Virus record (IMG/VR): IMGVR_UViG_3300045988_101308
Location: 60,792-124,791 of that record
Length of the DNA stretch: 64,000 nt
DNA from: a virus
Direction: 5' to 3' (one strand)
Below, in pieces: positions 28,991 through 39,368 of the stretch; positions within the stretch are counted from its first letter, which is position 1; each line of letters opens with the position of its first letter. The position numbers were made by a program, and so were the translations under genes. The notes under the pieces were generated by a model that had not been told where the DNA came from, did no database searches, and was given only the letters and a program-made list of their open reading frames with translations.

Positions 28991-29788
28991 ATGATATATA
29001 AAGTAAAAATAAAAGACAATACAAAAACTCCTTTTGAATATGCTTCTGACATAGAAGCGTTTGAAAATGGCAGAGAATTTATTTTCAAGCCAGGAGTGAA
29101 TGTAATTATAGGTAAAAACGGTAGCGGAAAATCAACCTTGCTTAACATCATATCAATGTATGCGTTATGCGAGAAATCCATGTGCTCTGAAATGCCGACC
29201 GAGGCACTGGATTTTCCACCTATATTTGATGACGATGATAAGGTTTTTGATGGGATTGACATATCATCCGATTATGCAGGGAAAGTATTCCGTTTATTGC
29301 CATCGGCGGAGATGAATCGAGATAGTATATTGAAAAACATCAGCAATTTAGATTTGTATGTGAATAATATTCGAAAATCTTATGGAGAGAAAGTGGTGTT
29401 ATCATTGGAATCGCTTTTCAATTTAATGTTCAGTCAGAAGGATTGTACGTTTCCAATACAAGATCTTGTAGAATACAAGAAAAAATCAAATGCGTTTTGG
29501 ATTAAAAGAATTGATAACCTGTTGAAGTATTATAAAAGAAACCGCATAGCATTAACAAAAAGCAGTTTTGAATACACGGTTCTCATGGATGAGCCAGACA
29601 GGAATCTTGATATTGATAACATAATGCAAATTTATAATGTATTGTCATTCCATAAACCACAAACACAAATTATAGCCATAGTACACAATCCGGCATTGAT
29701 TTACAAGTTAAGCAAATTAGATTGTGTGAATTTCATAGAGATGACAGAAGGATATCTTAGTAAAACTTGTATATTTATGTCTAATTAA
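28991..29788 (+). CDS. compact ABC-type (RecF/SMC-like, AAA_15/21-like) ATPase, 265 aa, with no obvious partner domains
   Basis: Walker A GKNGSGKST; signature-like SYGEKVVLSL (compare LSGGEK); Walker B with D-loop YTVLMDEPDRNLD; H-loop IAIVHNP. Preceded by a 340-bp non-coding region. Confidence 0.7.
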   Translation: MIYKVKIKDNTKTPFEYASDIEAFENGREFIFKPGVNVIIGKNGSGKSTLLNIISMYALCEKSMCSEMPTEALDFPPIFDDDDKVFDGIDISSDYAGKVFRLLPSAEMNRDSILKNISNLDLYVNNIRKSYGEKVVLSLESLFNLMFSQKDCTFPIQDLVEYKKKSNAFWIKRIDNLLKYYKRNRIALTKSSFEYTVLMDEPDRNLDIDNIMQIYNVLSFHKPQTQIIAIVHNPALIYKLSKLDCVNFIEMTEGYLSKTCIFMSN

Positions 29789-29800
29789 ATATTTTCAACA

Positions 29801-30184
29801 ATGAGCTATTTTGTATTAATGGGGAGAAGAATCCCAAAGCAAGCCATAACAGGCTTCAGATTCCAAAATGAAACAGACAACATTCGTCCTTTCCTATCAA
29901 TCAGGATAAGAGGGAAGGAGGAAATTATACCCTTTAAAGATAAAAGGGAAATACTGTCCGTGAAAGCGCATTTGTGTTCTGTCTTCTCCAAATTTGTGAA
30001 AATAGGTGACTGGTATCTCAAGATGTCGGAAGTTAAGGAGTATAAGCCGGTGACTGCCGAAGATATGAATCCTTACATCTTATTTAAAACATCTAAGTTC
30101 GGAAACATAAAGGTTCGTTTCCAAAAAGATGAAGATATGAATGCAGAATTATTGGTATTGGATCAACTTTTTGATGTGGAATAA
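29801..30184 (+). CDS. hypothetical protein (127 aa) immediately downstream of the ABC-type ATPase
   Basis: 12-nt gap, same strand; no motif. Confidence 0.45.
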   Translation: MSYFVLMGRRIPKQAITGFRFQNETDNIRPFLSIRIRGKEEIIPFKDKREILSVKAHLCSVFSKFVKIGDWYLKMSEVKEYKPVTAEDMNPYILFKTSKFGNIKVRFQKDEDMNAELLVLDQLFDVE

Positions 30185-31489
30185 ATTAGTAATCACCTTT
30201 TATAAATCAAGCTATGACTTGGAAAGAATTGAAAGACAAAATATCTCTTATGACAGAAGAAGAGCAACAGCAGGAAGTTGCAGTTTGGGGAGAATATCTG
30301 AATTTGATGAAAGATTGCTCCTTGGAGAAAACAAATGAGAATATGTACTACAACTCTGAATGGGATTATACTTGTGAAGAGAGTGAATTGGAACCGGAAG
30401 ACAAGAATGACCCTGATGTACATAAGGTATATGAAGCAGGAATGTATTATATTTATTCGAATTGATTTTAAAAAGATCTGATTATGGCAGTATTATTCAG
30501 CAAGCGGAACATTACATGTAATGATGCATGGAGATACAAACTATAATCCCACACCGGAATTTACGCAATATGGAGGCAGTAACATTGAAAATAGTATAAC
30601 CATCATTGATGGAATACCGAATGATGGCGGAGATTGGTAATAATATAAAAAGAAATGAACGATATACTATTCAGGAAAATAAAAAGAGCTAACAGTAAAT
30701 ATACTGAATACTTATCAGCTTGCGATAAAGTAGCTAAAGCAGCCCAAAAGCATATAAACTGGAATAATAACGTAGGTTGTGCCTATATACCGGGTGACGG
30801 TCTTTGTGTGGAGATTGAAGCACATGTTTGTCCGGTTACAAGATTTTTTGAGCTACCTGAGATTATCGGTAATGATATGATTGATGAATACACATATCGA
30901 ACAAATTGTATTTAACGAATAACTAAAAAGAAATGAAACGAGAAGATATTGAAAAAGCAGCAAAAGATTATACCATAGGTAAAACACATTTTCGGCGAAA
31001 CGTTCTCAAAGAAGTGGATGCAGACGATTATGTTTTACGCAAGGATAATTGCTATGAAGACTTCATGGCAGGTGCAGAATGGAGCATCAGCAGCGCGTGG
31101 CATGATGCAAGCGAAACACCACAACACAGTGGAATGTTGATTGCTATTAAACAAGATGGAACTCCTATTGTCTGTGGGCCAAATAACTCTAATTGGAAAA
31201 TAGCTGTTAGAATTTTCCATATCGTAAGATGGGCCTACATCGAAAATTTACTGCCTATTACATGTTGAATAATATATTTTCACGAGATCATGACCGACAG
31301 AGAACTTCTTGAAGAAAACAATAAGATGTTAAAGGAAATTCTAAGTTTTGTGAGAAAAGTTGATTCTGTTGAATACAGGGATCATCAAGACTTTATGGAA
31401 TTTCTTAGAAATGTGGCAGCCGATATATGGGTGGAATATACGGAGCCTGAACAAAGAGGTAGATTGTTTAATTTAATAAATAAAAAGAA

Positions 31490-32155
31490 ATGAAAACAGT
31501 TTTTGATTTAAGCAGAGATGAGATTGTGGCATTGACAGACGAAGAGATAAGTCTGTATATAGACAAAGAGCTTGTTGGTAAGGGTATTCCAATTGAAGCT
31601 AAAAATTGGAATATAAAGAACGAAAAAGAAGTCGTGTATCCAAGAACGGGAGTTCCAGTATTTATGTTAAAAGATGTCGGCATCGGTTTTAGAACCATAG
31701 AAGGTGCAACTGAGGTGGCTAATTTGCTTGTTAAATATAATGCATTTAAAATAGAATCAAGGTTTCTGACAGGATCGTATGAACAGTTTTGGATCATAAA
31801 AGAAAGTGTTTGCCCGGCTATTAAAGGGGAAGCGGGGTATAGCAAAGAAGAGTTTGATAAGGTAAACAAGGAAAACCAAGATCCAGAATTGGAAAGTATA
31901 AATTCCTTCAATAACACTTTGAAAAATGCCAATGAAATTAAAGACAGGGTGTTGAAATACGTGTACAACATAAAACAAGAGCGTTCATATAACAATGACC
32001 TGGTTGGTATCTTTGAAAGGTATAAAGATATAGCAGACGGTGATATGGAGGTAGCTATGAATTTTATTAAGGAGGCCTATCCATTCAATGAAGAAACAGA
32101 ATCGTTTATCAGGAAAAAGTTTGACATGCCTATGCCGGACGAATCAAAAGAGTAG
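31490..32155 (+). CDS. hypothetical protein (221 aa)
   Basis: Stop-start overlap with the upstream small gene; no motif. Confidence 0.45.
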   Translation: MKTVFDLSRDEIVALTDEEISLYIDKELVGKGIPIEAKNWNIKNEKEVVYPRTGVPVFMLKDVGIGFRTIEGATEVANLLVKYNAFKIESRFLTGSYEQFWIIKESVCPAIKGEAGYSKEEFDKVNKENQDPELESINSFNNTLKNANEIKDRVLKYVYNIKQERSYNNDLVGIFERYKDIADGDMEVAMNFIKEAYPFNEETESFIRKKFDMPMPDESKE

Positions 32156-32960
32156 TAATTAAGCTAAATTAAATCATTTTGAATCTTTTTTATTATCAAA
32201 AGACATATCTTTGTCCAAAAAAACAAACAAAATGGAAGAAAAAGAGATAAAAGAAGCTATGATTGAAGCCCTGACGCACTTAGAGGGGTGTAAGTATTTC
32301 GTAGCCACGATAGTAAATGAAGAGGAAAGAAGATTTGATATGAGCCTAAGAATGTCACAGCATCAATTGGCGTTAATTATAAAAGGCATCTTATCTAATA
32401 ATGAGATGATGATGATGGATGTTTTGCAGTGGTGTTCTGAAAGATTTAAAAACAGTATAGAGAAAGGAAAGAAATCAACTAATTAAATATTAATACAATG
32501 AATCGCTGGTTTGAAATTACGGTAAAAGCCGAGATTGATAATATCGAGAACGGCAAAAAAAAGAAAGTAACTGAAAAGTATTTGGTGGATGCCTTGTCTT
32601 ATACAGAGGCAGAATCAAGATCGTTGGAGATCTTTAAGGATTTGTACAATTCTTTCGAGGTTGTAAAAATTAACCCTATTAAAGTGTCAGAAATCTTTTT
32701 CAACGGAGAAGCTGAGTACTGGTATAAGTGCAAGGTGAATTACATTACACTGAATGAAAAGAAAGGTAAAGAAAAGAAAACGCCATGCTATATGTATGTC
32801 CAAGCCGGCAATCCTAAAGACGCCGAAGCTGTGTTGACTAAAGGTATGCAGGGTACGTTGGGAGACTGGAATTGCGAGTCTATTGCTGAAACAAAGATCA
32901 TTGAAGTGTTTAAATACGATCTGCAAAAAGGTGTAGAAAAATTGGGAGAAAAGAAAACTG

Positions 32961-33191
32961 ATGAGTGATGTTGTTTCCCGTGTAGCACTTGCGACGGCAA
33001 TTGTATTATTGGTAGTAGCAGGTGCTACTTTGCTGATAGTGATTAAGACCGAAGAAGTACCGAGATGGTTAATGAACTTACCATATACGTTATCTTTAAC
33101 GGCAGTATCCTTTTCAATTATATCACTTGTATTGAAATATAGAGAGTGGAAAAGAAATTGTACGTCTGCGAAAGATGCGGACGAAAAGTGA
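32961..33191 (+). CDS. small membrane protein with two predicted TM helices (76 aa)
   Basis: VALATAIVLLVVAGATLLIVI and YTLSLTAVSFSIISLVL are hydrophobic stretches; C-terminus charged. Confidence 0.4.
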   Translation: MSDVVSRVALATAIVLLVVAGATLLIVIKTEEVPRWLMNLPYTLSLTAVSFSIISLVLKYREWKRNCTSAKDADEK

Positions 33192-33664
33192 TGATAAGAA
33201 GTCATGGCTTATGCCAGGCTTGCAGGAGTAAAGAGTTGACTCCGAAGAAAAAAGACAGAATTACATCCATTAAAAACAGCAGCAAGAAGAAAAAGTTAGA
33301 GAACCCGGATTTATCCGGGTTTTTTCGTCTTATGCTGGAAGAGTTAAATAATAGTCGGATGTCTATGACCGGTAAGGCTATTCATTTTCCTACAGTATGT
33401 AACGTCTGTCACATACTTCCGAAAAGGATATATAAGTCGGTTGCTACTTGCAGGGATAATATAGTTTTCCTTCATGAATCGGAGCATACGGTATTCGACA
33501 TGTATCTTGACCGGATGGAATTTGATAAACTTGAAACAGAATTTCCTTTTGTGTGGAAGTATGCGGTAAAGAAGGTACTGGATATGGAAAGCAGAGGAAT
33601 GATCAAGGAAAGAGGTAGGTTGATTATTGAAATAATTGATAGGTATGATAGAAGAAAAGATTAA
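33146..33664 (+). CDS. hypothetical protein with N-terminal zinc ribbon (172 aa)
   Basis: CERCGRK...CQAC, then a K-rich linker. Confidence 0.4.
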   Translation: MEKKLYVCERCGRKVMIRSHGLCQACRSKELTPKKKDRITSIKNSSKKKKLENPDLSGFFRLMLEELNNSRMSMTGKAIHFPTVCNVCHILPKRIYKSVATCRDNIVFLHESEHTVFDMYLDRMEFDKLETEFPFVWKYAVKKVLDMESRGMIKERGRLIIEIIDRYDRRKD

Positions 33665-34964
33665 AATATTAATAGATTTAGGGTTTGTACCTATGGTGGA
33701 AGGAGAAGGAAATACGTTGTTTAGAATGAACGACGTTGTGATGTCAGTATCAGATCCTAACCAAACACCAGAGCAGTTGAAGAAGGAGGTTATGTCTTTA
33801 ATAAAGAACAGAGACATAGCAGAAAGAGGCGGACAGGTTCCAGTAGTTGAAGAGCCGGCGCCTGAGCCAGAGCCGGTCCAGGGAGAGGAACCGGAAGCTC
33901 CGGCGGAGGAAGCCGCTCCTAACCCTGGAGAAGAAGATTCGAATCCGTTTACAGAAAATCAGGAAACGTTAGAGCCGTTTTATATCTGTGATGAGTTAAA
34001 GAAGATCGAGACTCCCAAATTCGTAAGATTGACATTAGACGGTAATCGTTTTTATGTAAGAAAGATGGACGATGGGACAGCCAAGATATACGCCTCGGTA
34101 ACAACCATGATTAGAGACGGATTCGTAGATGACAAGACGGCTCTTCAAGAATGGAGACAGGAGATGAGGATGATTGGTCGCAATCCGGAAGAAGTATCAG
34201 AATATGATGCAGATAAAGGAACGATCATGCACTACCTATACGGATTGTACTTGACGGGTAGAGATATGGTCTTAAATCGAAGTTTTATAGTTAAGACAGT
34301 GCAAGAAGGCAAGCTTAAGATATCGAAAAAGAATCTTGACAAATTCTTTGGTAGCATAGATGATCTTGACGATATGATTGTCAGAGTTATGAAGTTTGCT
34401 AAATTTTGTTCGGAGTATAAGGTTAAGCCGATGATGATTGAAAGAATATTGTCATTAGAAGATTATTTGGTAGCTACGCCGATAGATGCGATGGTTAAAA
34501 TGACATTCAAATACAAAGAAGAAGGTTATTTTGGAGCCGTGTATCAAAGGGCTACGGGGCAGTTCAAAAAAGGCGATCCGAAGAAGGAAGTGAGAGAAGT
34601 GGAGAAAGAAGAGATTGTTATCTTAGATTTTAAATCGGGTGACATACGAAATGAACATGCTTTTCAATTGGAGGCTGAAAGGAGAATGGTTAAAAACTGG
34701 TACGGAATTGATGCACGTATTATGAATTTTTCTCCAAAAAGCACGAACAGTAAAGGTTATACGCTAAAAGAATGGTCTGATAAAAATGCTGCTATGGAGA
34801 AGGCAGACTGTGTATTCCAACAAGGTATGTTGAATCATATCAGAAAAGATAAGAGGTTTAAGGTAAGAAAAGGAGTGCTGAATATCAATAAGCCATACAA
34901 TGAAGAGGATCATATTGTTGTATATGATATTGCTGAGGAAATGTCTAAAAGATTTGTAATATAA
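33636..34964 (+). CDS. RecB-family PD-(D/E)xK nuclease (lambda-Exo/YqaJ/Cas4-like core) with an acidic Pro/Glu-rich N-terminal region
   Basis: VILDFKSGD (hhhDxK) followed by HAFQLEAERRMVKNWYG (QxxxY), as in RecB-family nucleases. No Fe-S cysteines. Confidence 0.5.
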   Translation: MIGMIEEKIKILIDLGFVPMVEGEGNTLFRMNDVVMSVSDPNQTPEQLKKEVMSLIKNRDIAERGGQVPVVEEPAPEPEPVQGEEPEAPAEEAAPNPGEEDSNPFTENQETLEPFYICDELKKIETPKFVRLTLDGNRFYVRKMDDGTAKIYASVTTMIRDGFVDDKTALQEWRQEMRMIGRNPEEVSEYDADKGTIMHYLYGLYLTGRDMVLNRSFIVKTVQEGKLKISKKNLDKFFGSIDDLDDMIVRVMKFAKFCSEYKVKPMMIERILSLEDYLVATPIDAMVKMTFKYKEEGYFGAVYQRATGQFKKGDPKKEVREVEKEEIVILDFKSGDIRNEHAFQLEAERRMVKNWYGIDARIMNFSPKSTNSKGYTLKEWSDKNAAMEKADCVFQQGMLNHIRKDKRFKVRKGVLNINKPYNEEDHIVVYDIAEEMSKRFVI

Positions 34965-34973
34965 ATAAGCATT

Positions 34974-35987
34974 ATGCTTGATTTTAGAAGATACGAAAAC
35001 GTACCCCGGTTTCAACTTGACCGCAGGCCTGGCAGGAGCCGACTAAAGCTGACCTGCCCGGCTTGCGGAAAAAGCCGGTGCCTTACTCCTTATATTGATG
35101 TGGCGACCGGTCAGGTTGTTGGAAACGAGTTCGGAAGATGCGATCATGAACGGACTTGCGGTTATGATAAACGGCCTACCGGCAAGGATGTGGGCGACAA
35201 AGATCTTTGGATTTCGGGAAACAAGTGTATAAGAGCTTATCGTCCTCCTGTAAATCCTGACGTTGTAAATTACATACCTTTTAGCGAGTTTGAGAGGACT
35301 GTGGTTCCAGACGACAGAAACACCGTATTTAGATTTTTATCGTCTCTATGGGGAAAAGAAAGGGTATCTGATGTATTCAGGAGGTATCATGTCGGAACAA
35401 TGGACTTATGGGGATGGAAAGGGTGTTGTATATTCTGGCAGATAGACAAAGATTTTGTATGCAGAACCGGCAAGATCATGGACTTTTGTATAAAGACCGA
35501 CAGCCAGGGGAATGAGATTGATGTAAAAAGAGTGAAGGAAAAAGACGGTGACAATGAGCGACCTCATGTCATGTTTTATCACTCGTTGCATGCAAGAGAC
35601 TTCTTGTTTAGACAATGCCTGTTTGGAGAACATCTTCTAAGCCAGTATCCGGATAAGGTGGTTAATTTAGTGGAATCAGAAAAGACGGCTATTATATGCG
35701 CTGTGAATAAACCAGATGAGTTATTTGTGGCTACCGGTGGGTTGCAGAATCTAAGGCCGGAAGTGATAGATGTTTTAAAAGATAGAAAGACTGTAGCTTT
35801 TCCGGACAAAGGACAAGCATTTGAGACATGGAGTAAAAAGATAGATGGGATGATGATGAAGTCAAGGATAAAAGTATCAGACTATCTTCAAAATGTTGAA
35901 AATGTAGGAGACGGAGATGATGTGGCAGATTTGATAATTAATAACAAGGTAAAAGAGAAATATCATGAGCCTGGATGTTTATATTAA
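34974..35987 (+). CDS. primase-like protein (N-terminal zinc-binding CxxC...CxH..C plus TOPRIM-like segment)
   Basis: CPACGKSRC ... GRCDHERTCGY zinc motif. VVNLVESEKTAIICA ... VAFPDKGQAF is TOPRIM-like (E ... DxG). Confidence 0.45.
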   Translation: MLDFRRYENVPRFQLDRRPGRSRLKLTCPACGKSRCLTPYIDVATGQVVGNEFGRCDHERTCGYDKRPTGKDVGDKDLWISGNKCIRAYRPPVNPDVVNYIPFSEFERTVVPDDRNTVFRFLSSLWGKERVSDVFRRYHVGTMDLWGWKGCCIFWQIDKDFVCRTGKIMDFCIKTDSQGNEIDVKRVKEKDGDNERPHVMFYHSLHARDFLFRQCLFGEHLLSQYPDKVVNLVESEKTAIICAVNKPDELFVATGGLQNLRPEVIDVLKDRKTVAFPDKGQAFETWSKKIDGMMMKSRIKVSDYLQNVENVGDGDDVADLIINNKVKEKYHEPGCLY

Positions 35988-36543
35988 GAACAAGAAGAAA
36001 GAAGAGGATCGTGAATGGGTTGCAAACATCACCCACAACATGAACAAGATGGCACAAAGAATATTCGTATCAAAAAATAAAGAAACGCTGTACGATTATG
36101 TTTGGAGACCAGAAGAATTGTATAAAGAAATATATACCAATGAGATGAAGAATGTACTTACAAAAGGTATATGTGTTATGATCTCTAAGAGAAAAAGTCT
36201 TTTGAGATACGAGCCGGAAAACGGATGGGGGTCTTATGATTCATTTCTTAAGTTTCTTATCGAATATAAAGAGGCGTGTGAAGATAATCCAGGTTATATA
36301 ATTGAAGCAAGCAGATAATATGGAAAATTACAAAAACACTTTAAACGAGGTAGTGGTGATCGAATCGTCACCAGAAACGTATTTTGTTTACGCTATTCGT
36401 AATGCTATTCGTATCTCTAAATGCGCGTATCCGACAGCCAAGAAAGTAATTTTCAAAAGAGAGGACGTAGAGGTAGAGATCTCAGAAATGGAAACTGAAA
36501 GCAGTTTGTATGAAAAGTTTAAAGAAAAACAAAAGAATAGGGT

Positions 36544-37110
36544 ATGGAACTTAATGAGCGCCAACAACGGGTTTTAAGAGGCGAAATTTGTCCTTATTGC
36601 GGAAGAGAAACTGAGCTGGTAAATGCCGATAAAATATATAGCAGAAAAGGCTTAGGGATGGTTATGATGTGCAAACCATGCAACGCTTATGTCGGTGTTC
36701 ATGAATCAGGGCCGAATAAGGGAAAAGCTAAAGGCCGGCTTGCGGGGCCATCACTGAGATCTCTTAAGATAAGAGTCCATGCCGAACTTGACAGACTATG
36801 GTCTACGCCGGAGGAACGGAAAAGGATGTATAAAGATTTATCTGAATTTCTCTCTATACCGGAAGAATACACACATATAGGTATGTTCGGCGAGAAGACG
36901 ATGGGAAAAATCTTTCAGTTCTGTCATGTAAACAAAGAACGATCAGGTTCGAGAATAGAATGGCATAAACCTGGAGATAAGTGCCCTAATAAAAACAATC
37001 AAATAGTGTCAGGCAGTAGCGCATGTAGAGGATGTCCTGAGTATCTTCATGATGAGAAAGACGGATATGTCTGGTGTGATCCTGATATGAGCTACGGCAG
37101 GTTGAAATAG
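36544..37110 (+). CDS. hypothetical zinc-finger protein (188 aa)
   Basis: ICPYCGRE ... CKPCNAY and a C-terminal CRGCPEYLHDEKDGYVWC. Confidence 0.4.
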   Translation: MELNERQQRVLRGEICPYCGRETELVNADKIYSRKGLGMVMMCKPCNAYVGVHESGPNKGKAKGRLAGPSLRSLKIRVHAELDRLWSTPEERKRMYKDLSEFLSIPEEYTHIGMFGEKTMGKIFQFCHVNKERSGSRIEWHKPGDKCPNKNNQIVSGSSACRGCPEYLHDEKDGYVWCDPDMSYGRLK

Positions 37111-37161
37111 GGCGCGAATTGCCTATCTTTGTGCTATTATTAATCAAAAAAATATAAGCAT

Positions 37162-37440
37162 ATGGGCAGATCAACAGAGTACTACAGGACTCATCCCGAA
37201 GCCAGGAAGAAAAAGGCTAAAAAGGACAAGGAGATAAATGCCAGACCGGAACAGAAAGCCAAACGCCGAGAGCTTGGTCGTAAAAACTACGAAACGGACA
37301 AGAAGAAGGGTAAGGGCTGGAGAAAAGGAAAGGATTGTTCTCATACCAAGAACGGTCTTAGGTATAAATCAGTAAAAGCTAATAGGGGATCCAAATCGGA
37401 TACGAAAGGTGACAAAAATGCAAGAGGATCTGAAAAATAA
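37162..37440 (+). CDS. small highly basic protein (92 aa), likely nucleic-acid binding
   Basis: Composition is more than 35% K/R. Confidence 0.4.
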   Translation: MGRSTEYYRTHPEARKKKAKKDKEINARPEQKAKRRELGRKNYETDKKKGKGWRKGKDCSHTKNGLRYKSVKANRGSKSDTKGDKNARGSEK

Positions 37441-38536
37441 AATAGATATAAGAAGGATATTCAAAACCTCTAAACAGGTTATGGAAGAGGCGTATGAGAA
37501 TATCTTGAAATACAGGCGGGGAGAGCTTATCCCCGCTAAAACCGGATACGATTATATTGATGAGGCTTTGCTTGGAGGTATTTTTCCTCAGCACGCTATT
37601 GCCATAGGAGCCCGGCCATCTGTAGGTAAATCGTATGTGGCCCAAAAGATATTGGAAAATGTGATGAATCCGATGATCAACCCGCAAGCAGAAGATTATT
37701 TTCTTGTTAATTGCGAGTTCGAAATGAATCCTCAAGATCTTCTTCTTCGCAGAATGAGCCAGGATATGAAAAAGCGAGCTCCTGAAATATTAAGAAGGCA
37801 AGATTCTAATACAGTAGAAGAGATGAGGATGTTTGAAATCCTTCAAGGTGAAATCAGGAATAATATAATATACATCGATGCTCCGTGTACGGTAAAAGAG
37901 TTTGAGGCGGCTGTGTATCATATAGCTACCAAACATAAAGACAAACGTCTTATAATATTTAAAGTCGATCATATTGCTTTGATAAAAAGAATGGGATTAG
38001 ATCCTAAGTCGGCTATAGATGATTTGGTGGCGGTTATGAATGAGGCTAAATTAGTATATAAAAACATATTTTTCCTCATCATATCCCAATTCAACAGAGA
38101 GATAGAAGGAAGGATAAAAAGTCCACAAGAGCAGCCTCCGCGTCTTTCTGATTTTTACCAATCTGATACACTGGGTCAGTTATGTACGTTAATGATAGGT
38201 TTGCATAATCCTCGTCGGTACGGGCTGGATAAGTATATGATATTTGGGAAAGATTGGTATCAGACTCTTGATAGGTTTAAAACTGAAAACAAAACATCAT
38301 TCAGGACAGCCGGACTTGTGTTTCATCATATACTGAAGGTAAGGCAAGTTAGTATGGAAGAGCTTACTAATACAATCCACCCAGAGATACTGCCGGGACA
38401 TGGATGGATGTACGGGGAGGGCGGGACGAAGTTCGTGAACCCCAACCAGCCGCCGACGCCGCCTAAGCTCTATACTGTGGAAGACGTTACGGACAATCAG
38501 GAACAAGAGACAAAAGAAGAACAGTCATTGTATTAA
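37409..38536 (+). CDS. DnaB-like replicative helicase, RecA-like C-terminal domain only (375 aa)
   Basis: Walker A GARPSVGKS; Walker B LIIFKVDHIAL; DnaB motif H4-like ISQFNREIEGR (compare SQLSR). Confidence 0.7.
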   Translation: MTKMQEDLKNKIDIRRIFKTSKQVMEEAYENILKYRRGELIPAKTGYDYIDEALLGGIFPQHAIAIGARPSVGKSYVAQKILENVMNPMINPQAEDYFLVNCEFEMNPQDLLLRRMSQDMKKRAPEILRRQDSNTVEEMRMFEILQGEIRNNIIYIDAPCTVKEFEAAVYHIATKHKDKRLIIFKVDHIALIKRMGLDPKSAIDDLVAVMNEAKLVYKNIFFLIISQFNREIEGRIKSPQEQPPRLSDFYQSDTLGQLCTLMIGLHNPRRYGLDKYMIFGKDWYQTLDRFKTENKTSFRTAGLVFHHILKVRQVSMEELTNTIHPEILPGHGWMYGEGGTKFVNPNQPPTPPKLYTVEDVTDNQEQETKEEQSLY

Positions 38537-38550
38537 AAAAAATAAGAACC

Positions 38551-39153
38551 ATGAGACTAACAGTAGAAGAAAACGAATACCTGATAAGTAAGTTCCTTTT
38601 GGTTCTTACTGAGTTTGCAGGGGATGAAAGAGAGATGTTTTTAATCAACTCCATACATGATAAGGCGGTGGCGGATATGAATTATCGTCTTCCGTCTTTA
38701 ATAAGCAGAGAACGTAAAAGACGAGTTATTGAGCTCCTTAAAGAAGGAACCAGAATAATCAAGGACTTTTCTGGCTATGCTGGTGATATGGGTATGATTA
38801 ACGAATACGATCGTCTAAAGAAAGAAATAGGAACCGTCCAAGACCAGCTTGGTGACGTAGAAGGTCAACTTCGGGCAGCAGGAGAAGTTATTAAAAAAGA
38901 ACTTGATATGATTGCTGACCGAATCAAAGAAGATCTTCTTGATCGAGAACTGGCTAAAAGTAATGCCGAGGCTGAAAGAAAAGCCAAAGTAGATCCGAGA
39001 TACGAAGTAGCTTTAGGTGATTACAAGGAAATGTTGGAAGTGATTTTTACAACCAGAAACAAGTATTCTACGGTAGATTCTGTACATGACGATCTTCGCC
39101 AGTCGGTATCTACCGGTAGAAATTCGATTATTAAAGAAGGGTACAACAGTTAA
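38551..39153 (+). CDS. hypothetical coiled-coil protein (200 aa)
   Basis: No motif; same operon as the DnaB-like gene. Confidence 0.45.
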   Translation: MRLTVEENEYLISKFLLVLTEFAGDEREMFLINSIHDKAVADMNYRLPSLISRERKRRVIELLKEGTRIIKDFSGYAGDMGMINEYDRLKKEIGTVQDQLGDVEGQLRAAGEVIKKELDMIADRIKEDLLDRELAKSNAEAERKAKVDPRYEVALGDYKEMLEVIFTTRNKYSTVDSVHDDLRQSVSTGRNSIIKEGYNS

Positions 39154-39168
39154 AAACAAGGAGGGAAT

Positions 39169-39366
39169 ATGGAAAAGAAGGAATTTAAAGTAGGAGAAGT
39201 ATTTGATGCCGGACTTGTAAGATTAAAATGTGTGGAAGGTGATACATGCGATAGGTGTATATTCGAAGATTACGATTCTTGTTCATGTACAGACATAATT
39301 GTTGGTCCATGTGGACATGTTGATAGACAAAATAACAAGAATGTTATTTTTATTAAAGCTGATTAA
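39169..39366 (+). CDS. small Cys-rich protein, paralog family member 3 (65 aa)
   Basis: GDTCDRCIFEDYDSCSCTD ... CGH parallels the CDRCIF motif of 11570..11791. Confidence 0.5.
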   Translation: MEKKEFKVGEVFDAGLVRLKCVEGDTCDRCIFEDYDSCSCTDIIVGPCGHVDRQNNKNVIFIKAD

Positions 39367-39368
39367 AA

